Shown piece by piece: positions 1 through 12,885 of a stretch of 64,000 bases of DNA (the stretch's first letter is position 1; each line of letters begins with the position of its first letter). The position numbers and the translations under genes are program-made. The notes under the pieces are model-generated. The model saw nothing but the letters and a program-made list of their open reading frames with translations, had not been told where the DNA came from and did no database searches. This stretch comes from Scenedesmus sp. PABB004. Taxonomy: Eukaryota. The DNA lies in assembly GCA_014905635.1 (NCBI GenBank), contig JABVCE010000020.1:496001-560000 (forward strand). Reading direction: 5' to 3'.

Positions 1-2809
1 CGCAAAGTGGGCCGCGCCGCCGCCGGCCGCCGCGGCCGCGGCGGCGGCCGCCGCCGCCGCGGCACCCGACTTCGCGACGCCGGGCCGACCCGCGCGGCCG
101 GGCGCGGGCGCGGGCGGCGACGACGCCGGGTGCAGCGACCTCGCGTCGATGCCGCCCGGCCGCGCCGAGGAGGTGTGCTGGTGGCGCCTGCAGCGCCTGA
201 GGCTGCTGCAGCAGGCCGACCGGCTCGAGCTTGCCGTGGTGCGTACGGCGGGCCGTGCGGCTGCGGGCGGCCACGCGGGCCACGGCCGCTCCTGTGGGAC
301 GGCCATCCTTCCTTCCCCTCTTGACCGCTGCCTCCGCTGCCTCCGCTGCCTCCGCTGCTGCTGCTGCTGCCGCCGCCGCCGCAGGCGCTGAACCGCCGCA
401 CGTACGACCCGACCACGTTTGAGTCGCTCCGGCACGAAGACCCCGCCCACGCCGCGGCGGCGCTCGCGGCGTGCGGGCACGTCGCGGGGCTGCAGCTGCT
501 GCTGCAGCGCCACCGCGCGTCGCTGCTGCCGCACCTGCTGCGCCTGCTGTCGGCGCTGCCCGAGAGCCTCGACCCGCGCACCTTCGCGCCGCTCGTCCCG
601 CGCGCCGGCGGCGGCGGCGCGGCGGCGCCCAAGCCCGCCGGCGCCGGCGGCCTGCACTTTGCTGGCGGCCGCAAGATCGATTGGGTGGAGAGCGACGAGT
701 CCCTCGCCTGGCTGACGGCGCTGGCGGCGGGGCAGGCGCCGACGGCGCGCCTCGGCGGCGCGGGCGCCGCCGGCGCGGGCTCGCCGCCGGCGTCGCCGCG
801 CCTGCACCCCGCGGGCAGCCTCGACGCCGCGCACAGCTGGGCAATCCAGCCCGACGACGCGGCAGCGATGCTGGGCGGCACCGAGGAGCTCGCGCGCCTG
901 GCGGCGGCCGCGCGGGACGGCGGCGCGGGGCCCAGCGACGGCGAGGTGCGCGGCGCGCCCTCGCGCGGCGCGCCGGCAAGGCACGGCGCCGCGCCGTGCC
1001 GTCCGCCCGCTCACAGGGTGCTGCTCCTCCTGCCGCCGCTGCCGTCGCTGCCGCAGGTCGCGGCCTGGCTGGCGGCGCGCGCGCTGCAGCTGGACGCCGC
1101 GACGGGGCAGCTGCCCGCGGCGCAGCAGCTGCTGGAGCTGGGCGTGGCGAGGGGCTACGGCAGCCTGCCCGTCAGCGTGGGGCGCGACGCGGACGCGCCG
1201 CTCAGCAGCCTGCTGACGCAGGCGCAGGTGCTGTCGCTGCTGCTGCGCTCCTGGTGGCCGGCGCAGGCGGGGCAGGAGCAGCAGCAGGATCAGGAGCGGC
1301 GGTTCAGCGAGACGGGGGCCGCGGACGGCGACGGTGGCTTGGCGCTGCCGGCGCTCTGGGCCATTGGCCTGGGGCAGTGGGTGTCGGTGGGCCTGCTGCC
1401 TCAGCTGAGGACCTGCCTGGCGAGCAGCAGCCGCGACCTGCTGCAGCAGGACTTGGCGGAGCGGTGCGGGGGGGGGGGGGGGCAGCCAGGGACGCGCAGC
1501 GGGGAGCCCGCGGCGGGCAGCGCGCGCTGCGGCCCCGCGGCGCGCCGCGTGCTCACTCCGGCACGCCGCCGCCGCCGCGGCCGCCGCAGGGTGCTGCCGC
1601 TGCTGGGCTGCCACCCGCACGCTGCGCGCGTGGATGCGCTGCAGCAGCTGCTGGCGTGCTGGGTGGCTGGGCCGCCGCCTGGCGGCGCGGGCGCAGGCGG
1701 CGCCGGCGCCGGTGGCAGCGGCGGCGGCATCGGCCTGGCGGTCGCGCTGCTGGAGCGCGAGGCGGAGCTGCTGCAGGCCCGGCCGGCCGGGGCGGTCGCG
1801 GCCATCGCCCGCGCGCAGGCCGCGGCCGGCGCGTCGCCGGGGGCCTCGCCGCCGCCGTCGCCGCGCGGCGAGCGGGCGCCGGCCCTGCCGCAGGGCGGGC
1901 TGGCCTGGGGCGGCGACGTCGCAGCATGCGTCGGCGCAGTGCTGTCGGCCGTCGGTGCGTGCGGCAGCACCAACCAGTGGGGCAAGCTGGAGCAGCTCCT
2001 GGACGCGGCCGCTGCCGCGCTGGCTGTCGCGGCGGGCGGTGGCCACGAGCCGGACGCGGCGCCGAGGCGGCAGCCGTCGCGCAGCCGAGCGTCGGACGCC
2101 GGCGGCTGGGAGGGCTGGAGCGACGGGGAGGGCGAGAACGACGCGGACGGCAGCGGCGCGGAGGGCGCCGGCCAGCCCGCAACGGCGAGCGCCGTGCGCG
2201 ACGCGCTGGCGCAGCACACGCTGAGCGCGGCCGCCGCGGCGGCGCTGTCGGCGGACCTTGCAGCGCTGCGCGGCCGCGTGCGTGCCGCGCGGCTGCTGAC
2301 CAAGCAGGGCTGTTGCGTGAGCCTGCAGCAGCTGGCGGCCGCCGACGGCGGCGGCGTCCGGGACATGCTGCAGCGCCTGCTGGGCCGCGCGCAGCGGTGA
2401 GCCTGCAGCGCCGCCGCCCGCGGGGAGCGCGCCGCGTCGCCGCCCGCCCGGCCAGCGCCGCTTGGCTGCCCCCTCGCCTCGCGCCTTCACCGCCGCGCCG
2501 CCCGCCTCGCCGCCGCAGGCTGGGCGCGTCGTGGCCCGAGGGCCAGTGGGCGCAGGTGTGGCACGACCTGCTGGAAGCCTGGCAGTCGGGGCTGTCCGCC
2601 CAGCTGCCCGGCGACGAGCTGGCGGGCCAGTTTTTGCGCGCGCTGCTGCTGGCGGGGCAGTACCACCTCGCGGCGCAGCTCGTCCCCCACAGCCCGCTGC
2701 TGGCGGCGGCGGCGCAGCAGCAGCGCGCGGGCGTGGACGGGGCGCGCACGCCTCCGTCCGCGGGCACGCCGCGGCGCGGCAGCGAGACGGGCCCCCCTCC
2801 GAGCGAGTG

Positions 2810-2875
<66 letters not shown>

Positions 2876-5800
2876 GGTGGATCACCCGCACGCCGACGTT
2901 TCGGTCGCGCACCAGCAGCGCGGCGCCGCAGACGCGGCCGCCGCCGAGGAGGCGGCCGCGGCGGCGGCGGCCGGGCTCGCGCCCGGCGCCGGCGCCGGCG
3001 GCGGCCAGCCGGCGTCGGCCGAGGCCGCGCTCGCAGCGCTCACGGGCGGTCGGGAGGGGCCCGGGCACGGCAGGTTTGGCGTCCGCAAGGCGCTGCACAC
3101 CGCCGCCGGCGCGGCGGTCAGCAGCAGCGCGCGGCTCATGGGTGTTGGTGCGGGCGTGATCGGCAGCACAGCGCACCTCGTCGGCAGCACGGCCCAGGCC
3201 GTCAGCGGCACCGGCGGCGTCGTCGGCGCGACCGCAGGGCTGGTCAGCGGCACCGCGTCGTTCGTGTCGTCGGCGGCGCACCTCGCCGCGGCGGCGGCGG
3301 CCAAGGCGGAGGGCGGCAGCGGGCCTGGCGGCCGCGGCCTGCACGGCGCCGCCACGCTGCGGGGCGCCGCCGGCCTGCTGACGCCAGCGGCGGCAGAGGC
3401 GGTGGTGGTGGGGGTGAGCCAGGAGCTGCTCGCGTCGGCGGTGTCGCTGGACGACCCGGCCGTCGCGGCGGCCGAGGCGGTGCTGCTGCTGCTGCCACAC
3501 GACTGCCAGGTGCGGCCGAGCGCTGCGCGCCCGCCCCGGACGGCCGCCCAGGCGTGCCAGGCGCCGCGGTCAGCGCGCGCCTCGGCTCGCGCCCACGCCG
3601 GCGCCACCGCGCCGCGCGCGCCCGCGCCTGCGCAGGCCGCCGCGTCGCAGCGCGCCGCCGTCGCGGTGCTGCGCCGCCTGCCCGAGTTTGGCGTGAGCCT
3701 GCTCCCCGCGCAGCTGACGGCGCTGCCGGACAAGCAGCAGCTGCTGCACAGCGTGCTGCTCGGCCGCGCGCCCGGCGGCGCCGCGGGCGGCGGCGCGGGC
3801 GCGGGCGCGCGGCGGTCCGCGCCGCTGCCGCCCTGGCGGCGCCTGGGCGACGTGCTGGAGCTGGCCTGCCTGCTGGGCATGGACGCGCCGGAGCAGCAGC
3901 AGCAGGTCAAGCTGCTGGCGGCCGAGGCGGCGTACGACGCTGGCGAGCTCGCGGTCGCGCAGCACCTGCTGCTCGGCCTCGCCGCGGCGCGCTTCGCGCC
4001 CGCCTGGCAGCTGGCGGCCGAGATGGCCTGCCCAGAGCGCTACGCGTCGCAGGGCGAGCAGCGCGCGGCGCTCGTGGAGGCAGTCAGGCGGCAGCAGGCG
4101 CTGGTGGAGCAGCAGCTGGGGCTGGATCAGCCCGCGGCGGCGCCCGACGCCGCCCTGGCGCGCAGCCCCCTCGGGGGCGCCGAGCCCACGGCGGTCGCCG
4201 CCGGCGGCGACGGCGGCGACCAGCTGCCCGCGACGCCGCGCCCAGGCAGCAGCGACGGCGGCGCGGCGGGGGCGGCGGCGGGGGCGGCGGCGCCAGCCAC
4301 GCCCGTGCCGGGCACGCCCGTGCGCGCCGCGGCGCCTGCTGACGCCGCGGCGGACGGGGGTGAGCAGCAGCCGGCGGCGAGCCCCAGTGACCGCGCGGCG
4401 GCTGGCAGCGAGCAGGCCTCACCAGCCTCTCCAGCTGGAACGGCAGCAGCAGCAGGCAGCGGCGGCGGCGGTGATGCTGGGGGGCAGGCGACGGCGGGCG
4501 CGCACGGCACAGAGGCAGCCGGCGGCAGCGAGAACCTGCCTGCGGCGCCCGCCACGCCGCGCGCTCGCGCTGCCAAGGGCGCCCACTGCGCTCAAGGGCC
4601 GCGCGGGGCCGCCGCGCTCGCGCCGGCCGTGCGGCAGCGGCTGCTGGCGTTCGCGGCCTGCCACTGCCCTGCCGGAGAGCTGGCGCCGCTGACGGACGAG
4701 CTGCTGGAGGTGCAGCAGCAGCTGCGCGAGCAGACGGGCGTCGACGAGCAGCTCGCGGCGGCGGTCGCCGCGGCGGTGGGCGCGGGCAACGCGCTGTCGG
4801 GCGTGCCGTCGCTGGGCGACGCGCACCTGATGCTGGGGCTGCTGCTGCGTGCGCAGTCGGCGTCCGAGGCGGAGCAGCTGGTGGTGGACGTCATGACTGC
4901 CCGCCTGCCGGCCGCCGCGGCGGGCAGCGCGAGCGGCAGCAGCTTTGCCAGCATGCAGCGCGTGCTCTCGCTCGGCGCGGCGGCGCAGCTGCTGCTGGCG
5001 CTGCAGCGGCAGGGCCCCGCGGCGCTGGAGGGCGCGGGGGTGGCTGCCGCCGGCGGCGCCGACGCCGGCTCGTCGCTGGCGCACAAGCAGCGCGCGCTCG
5101 CGGCGGCGCTGCGGCTGCCGCTGTCGCAGCTGCAGGACGCGGTCGCCGCGCTGGCGGCGCAGCAGGCGCAGGACGACGGCGCGCATTCAACCGCGGCCCG
5201 CGTGGGCGACGCGCAGGCGGCCGCGGCGGCGCTGCTGCAGCGCTTGCAGCAGATTGCGGACGGGCGCCAGCTCAAGCAGTGGCTGCCGGACGTCGACACC
5301 GGCCGCTTCCTGGGAGGTGTGCGCGCGCGCGCGCGCTCGCCCTGCCCGTTCTGGCCCCGCCGCCGCTGCCGCCGCTGCCCGCCCGCCACCGCGACGCCAC
5401 CGCGACGCCCCCCGCGCCTGCGCGCAGGCGACCGGGACTACCAGCAGCAGGTGCTGATCCAGCTCGCCAGCAAGGCGGGCCAGCTCGCGGTGCAGCCGAG
5501 CGACGCCGGCGAGCAGCCCGGCGGCGGCGCCGGCGACGGCGAGCCGCCCGGCGGCGGCGCCGAGGCGGGCGCGCTGCTCGCCGAGGCGCAGGCGCTCGCC
5601 GCGGCGTACGGCGCCGACGCGTGGCAGCTGCCGCTGTGGTTCGTCCACAGCGTGATCGTGTTTGCGCCCGACGTCACCGCGCCCGGCCCGGCGGCGCTGG
5701 TCGCGGCGCACGCGCCCGCGCTGCTCGCGCGGCCGGGCGCCGCGGCGGCGCACCTGCTCGCCGACACCTACCCGCTCCTGCCCTCCACCGCGGCCAACCA

Positions 5801-8800
5801 CCTCGCGTGCGTGCTGGGCCTGATCCTCTCGTGCCTGCAGGCCGCCGGCGCCGCCGCAGCCGGCGGCGCCGACGGCGGCGAGGCCCGCGGCGGCGGCGGC
5901 GCGGCGCTGCCAGCGGCGGTCGCGCCGCTCGACAAGCTGCGCGAGCTGCTGAGCAAGAGCAGCAAGGCGCTGGCGGGGCTGGCGGTGAAGCAGGTCATTG
6001 CCGGGCAGCTGGCGCTGCTGCTCGGCCCGGCCGTCGCAGCCGCGGCCGGCGCAGCACCGCCGGCGCCGCCCGACGTCGCGCTCGCCGCGCTGGAGGCGCA
6101 GGGCGCGCTCGCGGCGTATGTGAGCACGCCGGGCCAGGCGGCGGGGGCGGCCAAGTTTGTCAAGCACGTGCAGGCGATCTCGGAGGTCGCGGCGCGGGCG
6201 TGCGACAAGCCGCGGCAGCAGGCGCTCGCGCGCCTCGCGGCCGCGGTGCCGCCCGGGCTGCCGCACCTGCTGCTGCTGGCCAAGACGATGAGCGGCGCTG
6301 GCGGCGAGGCGCCGGGCGCGGCCGGCGCCGGCGACGAGGTCGCGTCGCAGGGCAGCTTCGAGAGCGCGGCGAGCGGGCAGAGCTTCTGCAGCGCGCAGAG
6401 CACACTGAGCAACCTCAGCGCGCTGAGCAGCCCGGGCTCGCTCGCGGCGCCCGGCGGCGGCGGCGGCGGCGCGTGGGCAGTCGCGCGCGCGCGCTACGCG
6501 AGCGCGGGCGGCCGCCCGCAGCTGCCGCGCTGCAGCGCGCTGCAGGTCGCGGCGGCCGCGGGCTGGCTGGTGCTGGGCCACGCGCAGCCGCTGCCAGAGG
6601 AGGCGGTCGGCGCGCTGCAGCCGCTGGCGCTTGGCCCGGGGCTGAGCCTGCAGCTGCTGGACGACGCCGTCGCGCTCATCGCCAGCCCGGACGCATCCCT
6701 GCCTGGGATGGCGGGCCCCGCCGCAGGCAGCACGCCGCTGATGCGGGACGATCCCGCGGCGGTGGCGGCCTGGCGGCTGCCAGCGCTGCCCGCAAACCTG
6801 GCGCCGCGCCGGCGCGAGCTGCTGCTGCCGCTGCTCGCGGCGGCGGCGCAGGTCGCCGCGGGGCAGCGCGCCGCCGCGGCGGCGACGGCCGCGGGCCTCG
6901 GCGCCGTGGGCGCGGCGGCCGCGGCCGACGTCGCTGCCGAGGTCGGCGCCGCGCTGGCGCCGCCGCCGGCGTCCGCCGACGAGGCTGGCGAGCCGCAGCA
7001 GCCGGGCGGCTTGCTGCCAGCGCTGCAGCCGCTGCTCGCGCAGCTGCTGGAGAGCGGGCAGTGCGGCGCGGCAGACGCGCTGCAGCTCGCGGCCAACCTG
7101 GCCGGGCTGGCGCTGGGCCTGGCGGCGGCGCAGCATGCGGCGCCGGCGGACGCAGGACAGCAGGTGCAGCAGTCGCAGGAGCGCGCGCTGGCGGCCGTGT
7201 CGGCGGCGCTGCGGGAGCACGCCGGCGGCGTGCTGTCCGACCTGCGGCCGCTGCTGGCGGCCGGCAGCGACGCCGGCGAGGGCGAGGCGACCGCGGGCGC
7301 CGGCGGCGTGCTGGGCAGGCTGGAGTTGCTCATGCGGTGCCTCGCCGCCGACACGGCCGCGGCGCAACAGGCTGGGCCGCCCGGCGGCGACGACGCGGCG
7401 GCGGCCGGCGCCGAGCAGCACGCAGCCGGCGCCGCCTGGCTGCTGCCGGCACTGCAGGCGCTGCGCGGGCAGCTGTGGCAGCAGCTGCAGGAGCACCAGG
7501 CGCAGCTGCCGGCCGAGGCGTACGGCAGCAGCACGGTGGCGGGGCTGCTGGAGCTGCAGGAGCTCGCCGGCAGCGGCCAGATGTGGCCCGGCTGGGCGGC
7601 ACCGGGGGCGGGCGCAGACGGCGGTGCCGGCGCCGGCGGCGCGGGCGCGGGCGGCGGCAGCGGGCTGCTGCTGGCGCGCACCCTCACGTTGCTGGGACGG
7701 CAGTTCCCGGGCGTCAAGGTGGGTGCGGGGGCCGGGCACCACGCCAGCGCCCCGCGCCCTGCAGACGCCACAGCCGCCTGGCGCCCCCCTCTGCCGCCGC
7801 CTGACGCCGCCCGACACCGCCCGACCGCCGTCCCGCACCCTGCCCCGGCGCCGCCCGCCGCCGGCCAGGCCACCGCAGACGACGTCGCGAGCGCCGAGGC
7901 AGCCGCCGCCTTCTTCTGCCGAGTGCTGGCGGCGGCGGAGGCGCTCACGCCCGCGCAGGCCGACGCGCTGCAGTCGCTGCTGGCGGACGTCTGGCGCGAG
8001 GGCGCGGCGCTGCCGGTGGCGCAGCACGCGGACGGCGCGCAGCCCACGGACGGCGCGGACGCCGTGCCGGCAGACGCGGCGGGCGCGGCTGCGGCGCCCG
8101 CCGAGCAGGCGGAGCAGGCGGAGCGGGAGCAGCGGGAGCAGCTGGCGGCCGCGACCGGCCTGGCGCCCGGCGCGTGCGTGCTGTCGCGCCTGCACGGCTG
8201 CTGGGCGGCGCTGCTGGGGGCGATGCTCGCCGCCGGCCAGGCGGGCGGCGTCGTCGCGGCGCTCGAGCGCGTCGCCGCGGCGGCCGCCATCCTGGCGGTC
8301 GGCGGCGGCGCGGAGGACGGCGAGGCGGCGCAGCTCGCGCCGCCGGCGCCGCTCGTGCTGCCCCTGAGCGAGCGCGAGGCGGCGGAGCTGCTGGAGCGCG
8401 CGGGGCCGGCGCTCGGCGCGCCGGGCGCGGCGGTGCTGGGGCTGCTGATGCCGTACGGCAGCCTGCAGCGGCGGTCGGTCGCGCGCCTCGGCGCCGCCGG
8501 CGGCGCGCCCGTGGCCGCAGACGACGCCTGGGCGGCGCCGCTGCTCGCGCTGCTACTGCTGCGAGGGCAGCTCATGCCGCTCGTCGCCGCGGGCAGCAGC
8601 GGCGCGGACGGCGACGCGGCCGGCGGCGGCGGCGGCGCGGCGCAGGCCCACCAGCTCTATGCGCTGCTGCTGGCGCCCATCGGGGCGCCCCCGGCGGCGG
8701 CGGGCGCGCGCCCCTGGTCGGGTGGCGCGCCGGGCCTCGGCCTGGCCTTTGAGTGCCTGCTCCCGCACGCCGTGGCGCAGCTCTGCCTCGGCGGGCGCTT

Positions 8801-9080
8801 TGCGGCCGCCGCCGCGCTCGTCGCGGCGCGCGTGCGGCTCGCGAGCTCGCTGTGCACGCTGCAGGGCTCGCTGCTCATGCTCGAGCGCTACCTGGCCGCC
8901 GTCATGGTCGCGGCGGGCGCCTGGGAGCAGCAGCAGCCGCCAGCGGTCGCAGCGCGCGGCGGCGCCGCGCCGCGCCTGCCCGCCTGCGAGGCCTGGCTCT
9001 CGCGCAACACGCCCGCGGCCGCGCACGCCGCGCACGGCGCGCTCGTGCGCGCGCTGGCGGCGCCCGGCAGCGAGGCGTGA
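1..9080 (+). CDS. NBAS: NBAS/Sec39-family ER tethering protein (plant MIP2-like), multi-exon, 5' end upstream of the window
   Basis: Spliced peptides RLRLLQQADRLE, AAAALAACGHVAGLQLLLQRHRASLLPHLLRLLSALPESLDP, DWVESDE and WLAARALQLDAATGQLPAAQQLLELG resemble Sec39-domain segments of NBAS/MIP2. Frame is open from position 2, several GT-AG introns (e.g. 239-384), stop TGA 9078-9080. Confidence 0.8.
2814..2876 (+). repeat. Coding (CAG)n tract encoding 21 Gln, one CAA interruption
   Basis: Directly visible in an NBAS exon. Confidence 0.95.
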
Positions 9081-9380
9081 GCCGCGGGCCCGTGAGCGCG
9101 TTGGTGGTGCTGGTCCCGGTGGGCATGCAACCAACTCGCTGTGCACTGGCGGCGATCGCTGCCGGGCGCGGCGACGCCCGGCGGCAAACCTCGCTGAGCC
9201 CTTGCTGCGAGACGTCGCTGAGCCCTTGCGCCGTGCTCACCGAGCAGCTTCGCCCACCCATCTCCCAGCACCTCGCCGCGACAGGGATTTGGAGCAGCAG
9301 GCTTGACGGGGCATCTCCGATACTCAATCCCGACACCTCACGTTCCGCAGGCCGGCTGCGCCGTGCCGGGGCGTGACGAC

Positions 9381-9902
9381 ATGCTCCTGGCCCAGCGGCC
9401 GCTCGCGGCAGGGCAGGCGACGGGGCCCGCGCGCGGGCGCCGGTTGCGAGCGGCGGCGGCTCGTGCTGCCTCCTCCGGCGTGCACACCGTCACGCTGGTG
9501 CTGCCAAACGGGCGCCAGGCGGTCTTCAGGGCGGGCAGCAGCGCGAGCCTGTGGGAGATAGCCCGCTTCGCGGGCGTGTCGCTGCCGGCGAGCTGCCAGC
9601 AGGGAACCTGCACGGCCTGCTGCGCGAAGCTGCTGGTGCGACCCGCATTGGCGGCTGGCCGGCCCGCTGGCCGCGTTCGGCGCGTGCCCGACGCCGCGCC
9701 GCGCCGCGCCGCGCGCGCGCAGGAAGGGCGCGTCGCGCAGCCGCGCCAGACCTGCCTGTCTCCGGAGCTGCTGCGTCAGGGCTTCGTCGCGCTGTGCTGC
9801 GCGACCCCGGCGTCTGACGTCAAGCTCTTGACGCACCAGGGGCCCGCGGTGCGCAGGCTGAAGGCGGCGCCCGCGCCCGCTCCGCGCCGCGGCAAGCCCT
9901 GA
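9381..9902 (+). CDS. Plant-type [2Fe-2S] ferredoxin-like protein with a probable plastid transit peptide, one intron
   Basis: LPASCQQGTCTACCAKLL|EGRVAQPRQTCLSPELLRQGFVALCCATPASD gives the CX4CX2C...C ferredoxin pattern. Ala/Arg-rich N-terminus. Confidence 0.85.
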   Translation: MLLAQRPLAAGQATGPARGRRLRAAAARAASSGVHTVTLVLPNGRQAVFRAGSSASLWEIARFAGVSLPASCQQGTCTACCAKLLVRPALAAGRPAGRVRRVPDAAPRRAARAQEGRVAQPRQTCLSPELLRQGFVALCCATPASDVKLLTHQGPAVRRLKAAPAPAPRRGKP

Positions 9903-10432
9903 CCGCTCGCCGCGGCGACGGCGCTCGGGAGGCCCCGGTCCGAGCGGTGGCGGCGGGGCGGCCCTGGGCGAGCGGCGGCGCGCGCCGCGAGGCGCGCGCC
10001 TCGCGCCCCGCGTCGCCCGAGGCGACAGCGACGCGCCGGTGCCGCCGCGCCGCGCTGGGGCGCCGCGCCAGCTGGCCCGCTGTGGTGACGGACTGCACAC
10101 GCCACGCCCGCGGGCGGGCCGTGCGGAGGTCGAGTGGTCTCACGGCCAGTGCGGCTGGGCTTGTGCCCGCTAAAATCCCGCGACCAACACCGCTGGCTGC
10201 TCCGGCGAGGTCGCCCACCCCCAGAGCGTGCTCCGAGCCGAGCCCAGCACGCAACAGGCGGCCCGCGACGCGCGCCCGACCCGCTCCGCTGCTGCCCGCC
10301 CGGAGCCGCGCCGATCGCGGACCGCGAGCCGCGGTCCAGGCCGCGGGCGGCGAGCCGACGACAGCACTGCATGCCGCGTGGCGCGCCCGGCGCACCCTGA
10401 GGCCGGCGCGCGCAGGCGCGCGAGCACGAGCC

Positions 10433-11278
10433 ATGGAGGCCGCCCAGCGCGGGGCGCGTTCGCTATGGCTGGTCTTCCTGCTGCTCTCAGGTGCGACGCG
10501 CGGGCCGGGCAGACCGCGCCCGCGCGGGCGGCCCCTGGCCGCCGGTGTGCGCGCGGGGGGGCAGGGATGGGAGCCGAGCGCCCGCCCGCGCGCAGCTGGG
10601 CGCCCCGGGGCCGCGGAGGGCGGCGCTGGGCGCGGTCCGCGCGCCGACGGCCCGACTCCGCGCCGCCGCAGGGCCGCTGCTGGGCGTGCGCGGCAGCACC
10701 GCGGCGCGGCCTGGCCTGGAGGGCATCGACTGCGACGGAGGCTGCACGCTGGGCGGCAGCCCGGTGTGCGGCCTCGACGGCGAGTGGTACCAGAACAAGT
10801 GCATAGCCTTCTGCGCCGGCGTGGCCGCGGACGGCAGCGGCGTGGCCTGCAGAGGTGCGCGAAATCGAGCCTCGTGCGCCGCCAGCTCACGCGCCCGGGG
10901 GGCACGGGCGGCGCGCCGTCGGCGCGGTCGTCGGCGGGGGCGGGGGCCCGGGCGCTGCCGCGGGCTGCGGGCGGCCCTCGGGGCCGCGGCGGCGGCGTCA
11001 CCGCTGCGGGCGCTGCTGCTGCTCGGCGCTGGCGGCCACCCACCCGCCCGCACCCGGCGCGCGCCGCGCAGGCACGCCGATGCCCTTTGACGACTCCAAG
11101 CCGGGGCCCAACGGCGCCGAGTCGGCGGGCCTCGAGCCGCTGCGCACGATCGCCATGGTGCGCGCCGCGCCCCCTCCGCGCTGCTGCCCCCCCCCCCCAC
11201 GCCTGCTCCCGGCACACGCGCGCGGCGCCGCGGGCCCGCCGCCGCCGCGGTGCCGCCGGCCCCTCCTCACGCGCCCCG

Positions 11279-11309
<31 letters not shown>

Positions 11310-12285
11310 CTGCCGCCGCGCCTGCCCCCGCGCCGCTTGCAGGACGTGATCAACGCGTTCAGGGCCGAGGGCCTGCGCTACGTGGGGCGCATAAAGCTCG
11401 CGCGCGAGCTCGCGCCGCGCCCCGACGCGTCGGTCCCGCTCAGCCAGCCCGAGCCGCCGAGCGACGGCACCGGGCACTGGGCGGTGGACGCGGTGCGGTG
11501 CACCTCCGAGGGTGATGTCTATCGGGGAACGTGAGCGCCCACCGCGCCGCGCTGCGCGCGGGGCTCCCGCTGTGGGGCTGCGCCGGCCCCGCGCTGCCGG
11601 CCCCGCGCCGCGCCGACGCCGCGCCGCCCGCCCTGCGCCCGCGCGCGCGCCCTCCCCGCACAGCATGCGCATCCCGCAGGGCTTTATGGACTTGAAGGCC
11701 GGGGAGCCACTGCCGCTCGCGCCGTGGCTGGCCAAGGTGCAGAAGGGCGGCGCGGCGGCGCGGGAGGAGCGGCTGGTGCAGGAGTCTGGCGCCTACGGCG
11801 TCGCCGCCGCCGCCGGCGCCGACGACGGCGCGGACGCGGCGCCGAAGAAGCTCGGCTGGTTTGGCTCGCTGCGCGCGCGCATCACGGGCTGGTTCCGGCC
11901 GCTCGGCGCCGGCGGCGCGGCGGCCGCCGCGGAGCAGCAGCAGCAGCAGCAGGCCGGCGACGACGACGGCGCCGGCGCGGGCGCCGCCGACGCGGCGCTC
12001 GCGGCCGACCTCGCCGACGCGGCGGCGGCGCTCGGCGGCAACGTCACCGGCCTCACCCCCGGCGAGCGGCACCGGCGGCTGCTGGAGATCATCGGCGCCG
12101 ACGACCGCTTTGCGTGCGAGCGGGGCTACCCCTACACAGCGATCGGGCAGATCCAGGTCGTTGACAACACGGGCCTCTACATCTGCACCGGCACGCTCAT
12201 CAAGCCCGACAAGGTGCGTCGTTGCCCGCCGCCGCCGCTGCTGCCGCTGCTCCCCGCCGCCGCCGCCGCCGCTGCTGCAGCTGCT

Positions 12286-12335
<50 letters not shown>

Positions 12336-12885
12336 GCCGGACCCACCGCCGCCGCGCCCCACGCCGCAGGTTCTGACGGCGGCGCACTGCGTGTGGAACA
12401 CCAAGCGCAACGCCTTTTACTACAACCTCAACTTTGCGCCCGGGCGCTACCGCGACGGCGGCGGCATGGTCAACCCGTGGGGCGTGGTGCCCTGGAAGAG
12501 CGTGACGGTCTTTGACGCGTTCAAGAAGAACCCCGCGACGTGGGACGTCGCGGTCGTGACGCTGTCCAAGTCGCTCGGCTCACTCACCGGCTACATGGGC
12601 ATGGCCGCGGGCTGCTCGAGCAACACCGCGCTCACCGTCGCGGGGTACCCGCAGGACCAGGCGCAGGGGACGTGCATGGCCAACACGTGCAAGGTCCCCT
12701 TCCTCGACTGCAACGCCGCGACCAACGTCCACACGTGCGACACGATCATGGGCATGAGCGGCAGCCCGCTCTGGGACGGCAAGAACCGCGTGCGGCTCGT
12801 GCACGTCGCGGGGATCTACGACCGGCCCGAGAACCGCGCGACGACGGTCACGCAGTTCCTGGTCAACACGGTCAGCAAGTGGTGA
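10433..12885 (+). CDS. Secreted trypsin-like (V8/glutamyl-endopeptidase-like) serine protease with N-terminal Kazal domain, about 6 exons
   Basis: Signal peptide MEAAQRGARSLWLVFLLLS; Kazal CDGGCTLGGSPVCGLDGEWYQNKCIAFC; triad motifs CTGTLI...LTAAHC, WDVAV, GMSGSP. Confidence 0.85.

Noticed and set aside
2398..2400. TGA stops at exon ends (also near 53224 and 63188) as possible selenocysteine or pseudogene lesions
   Set aside because: Each is part of a GTGAG donor site inside an intron.
471..2520. N-terminal part of the 2869-aa ORF
   Set aside because: Wrong frame (Arg/Gly/Ala shadow). The real NBAS exons here use other frames, and the ORF reads through stop-free introns.
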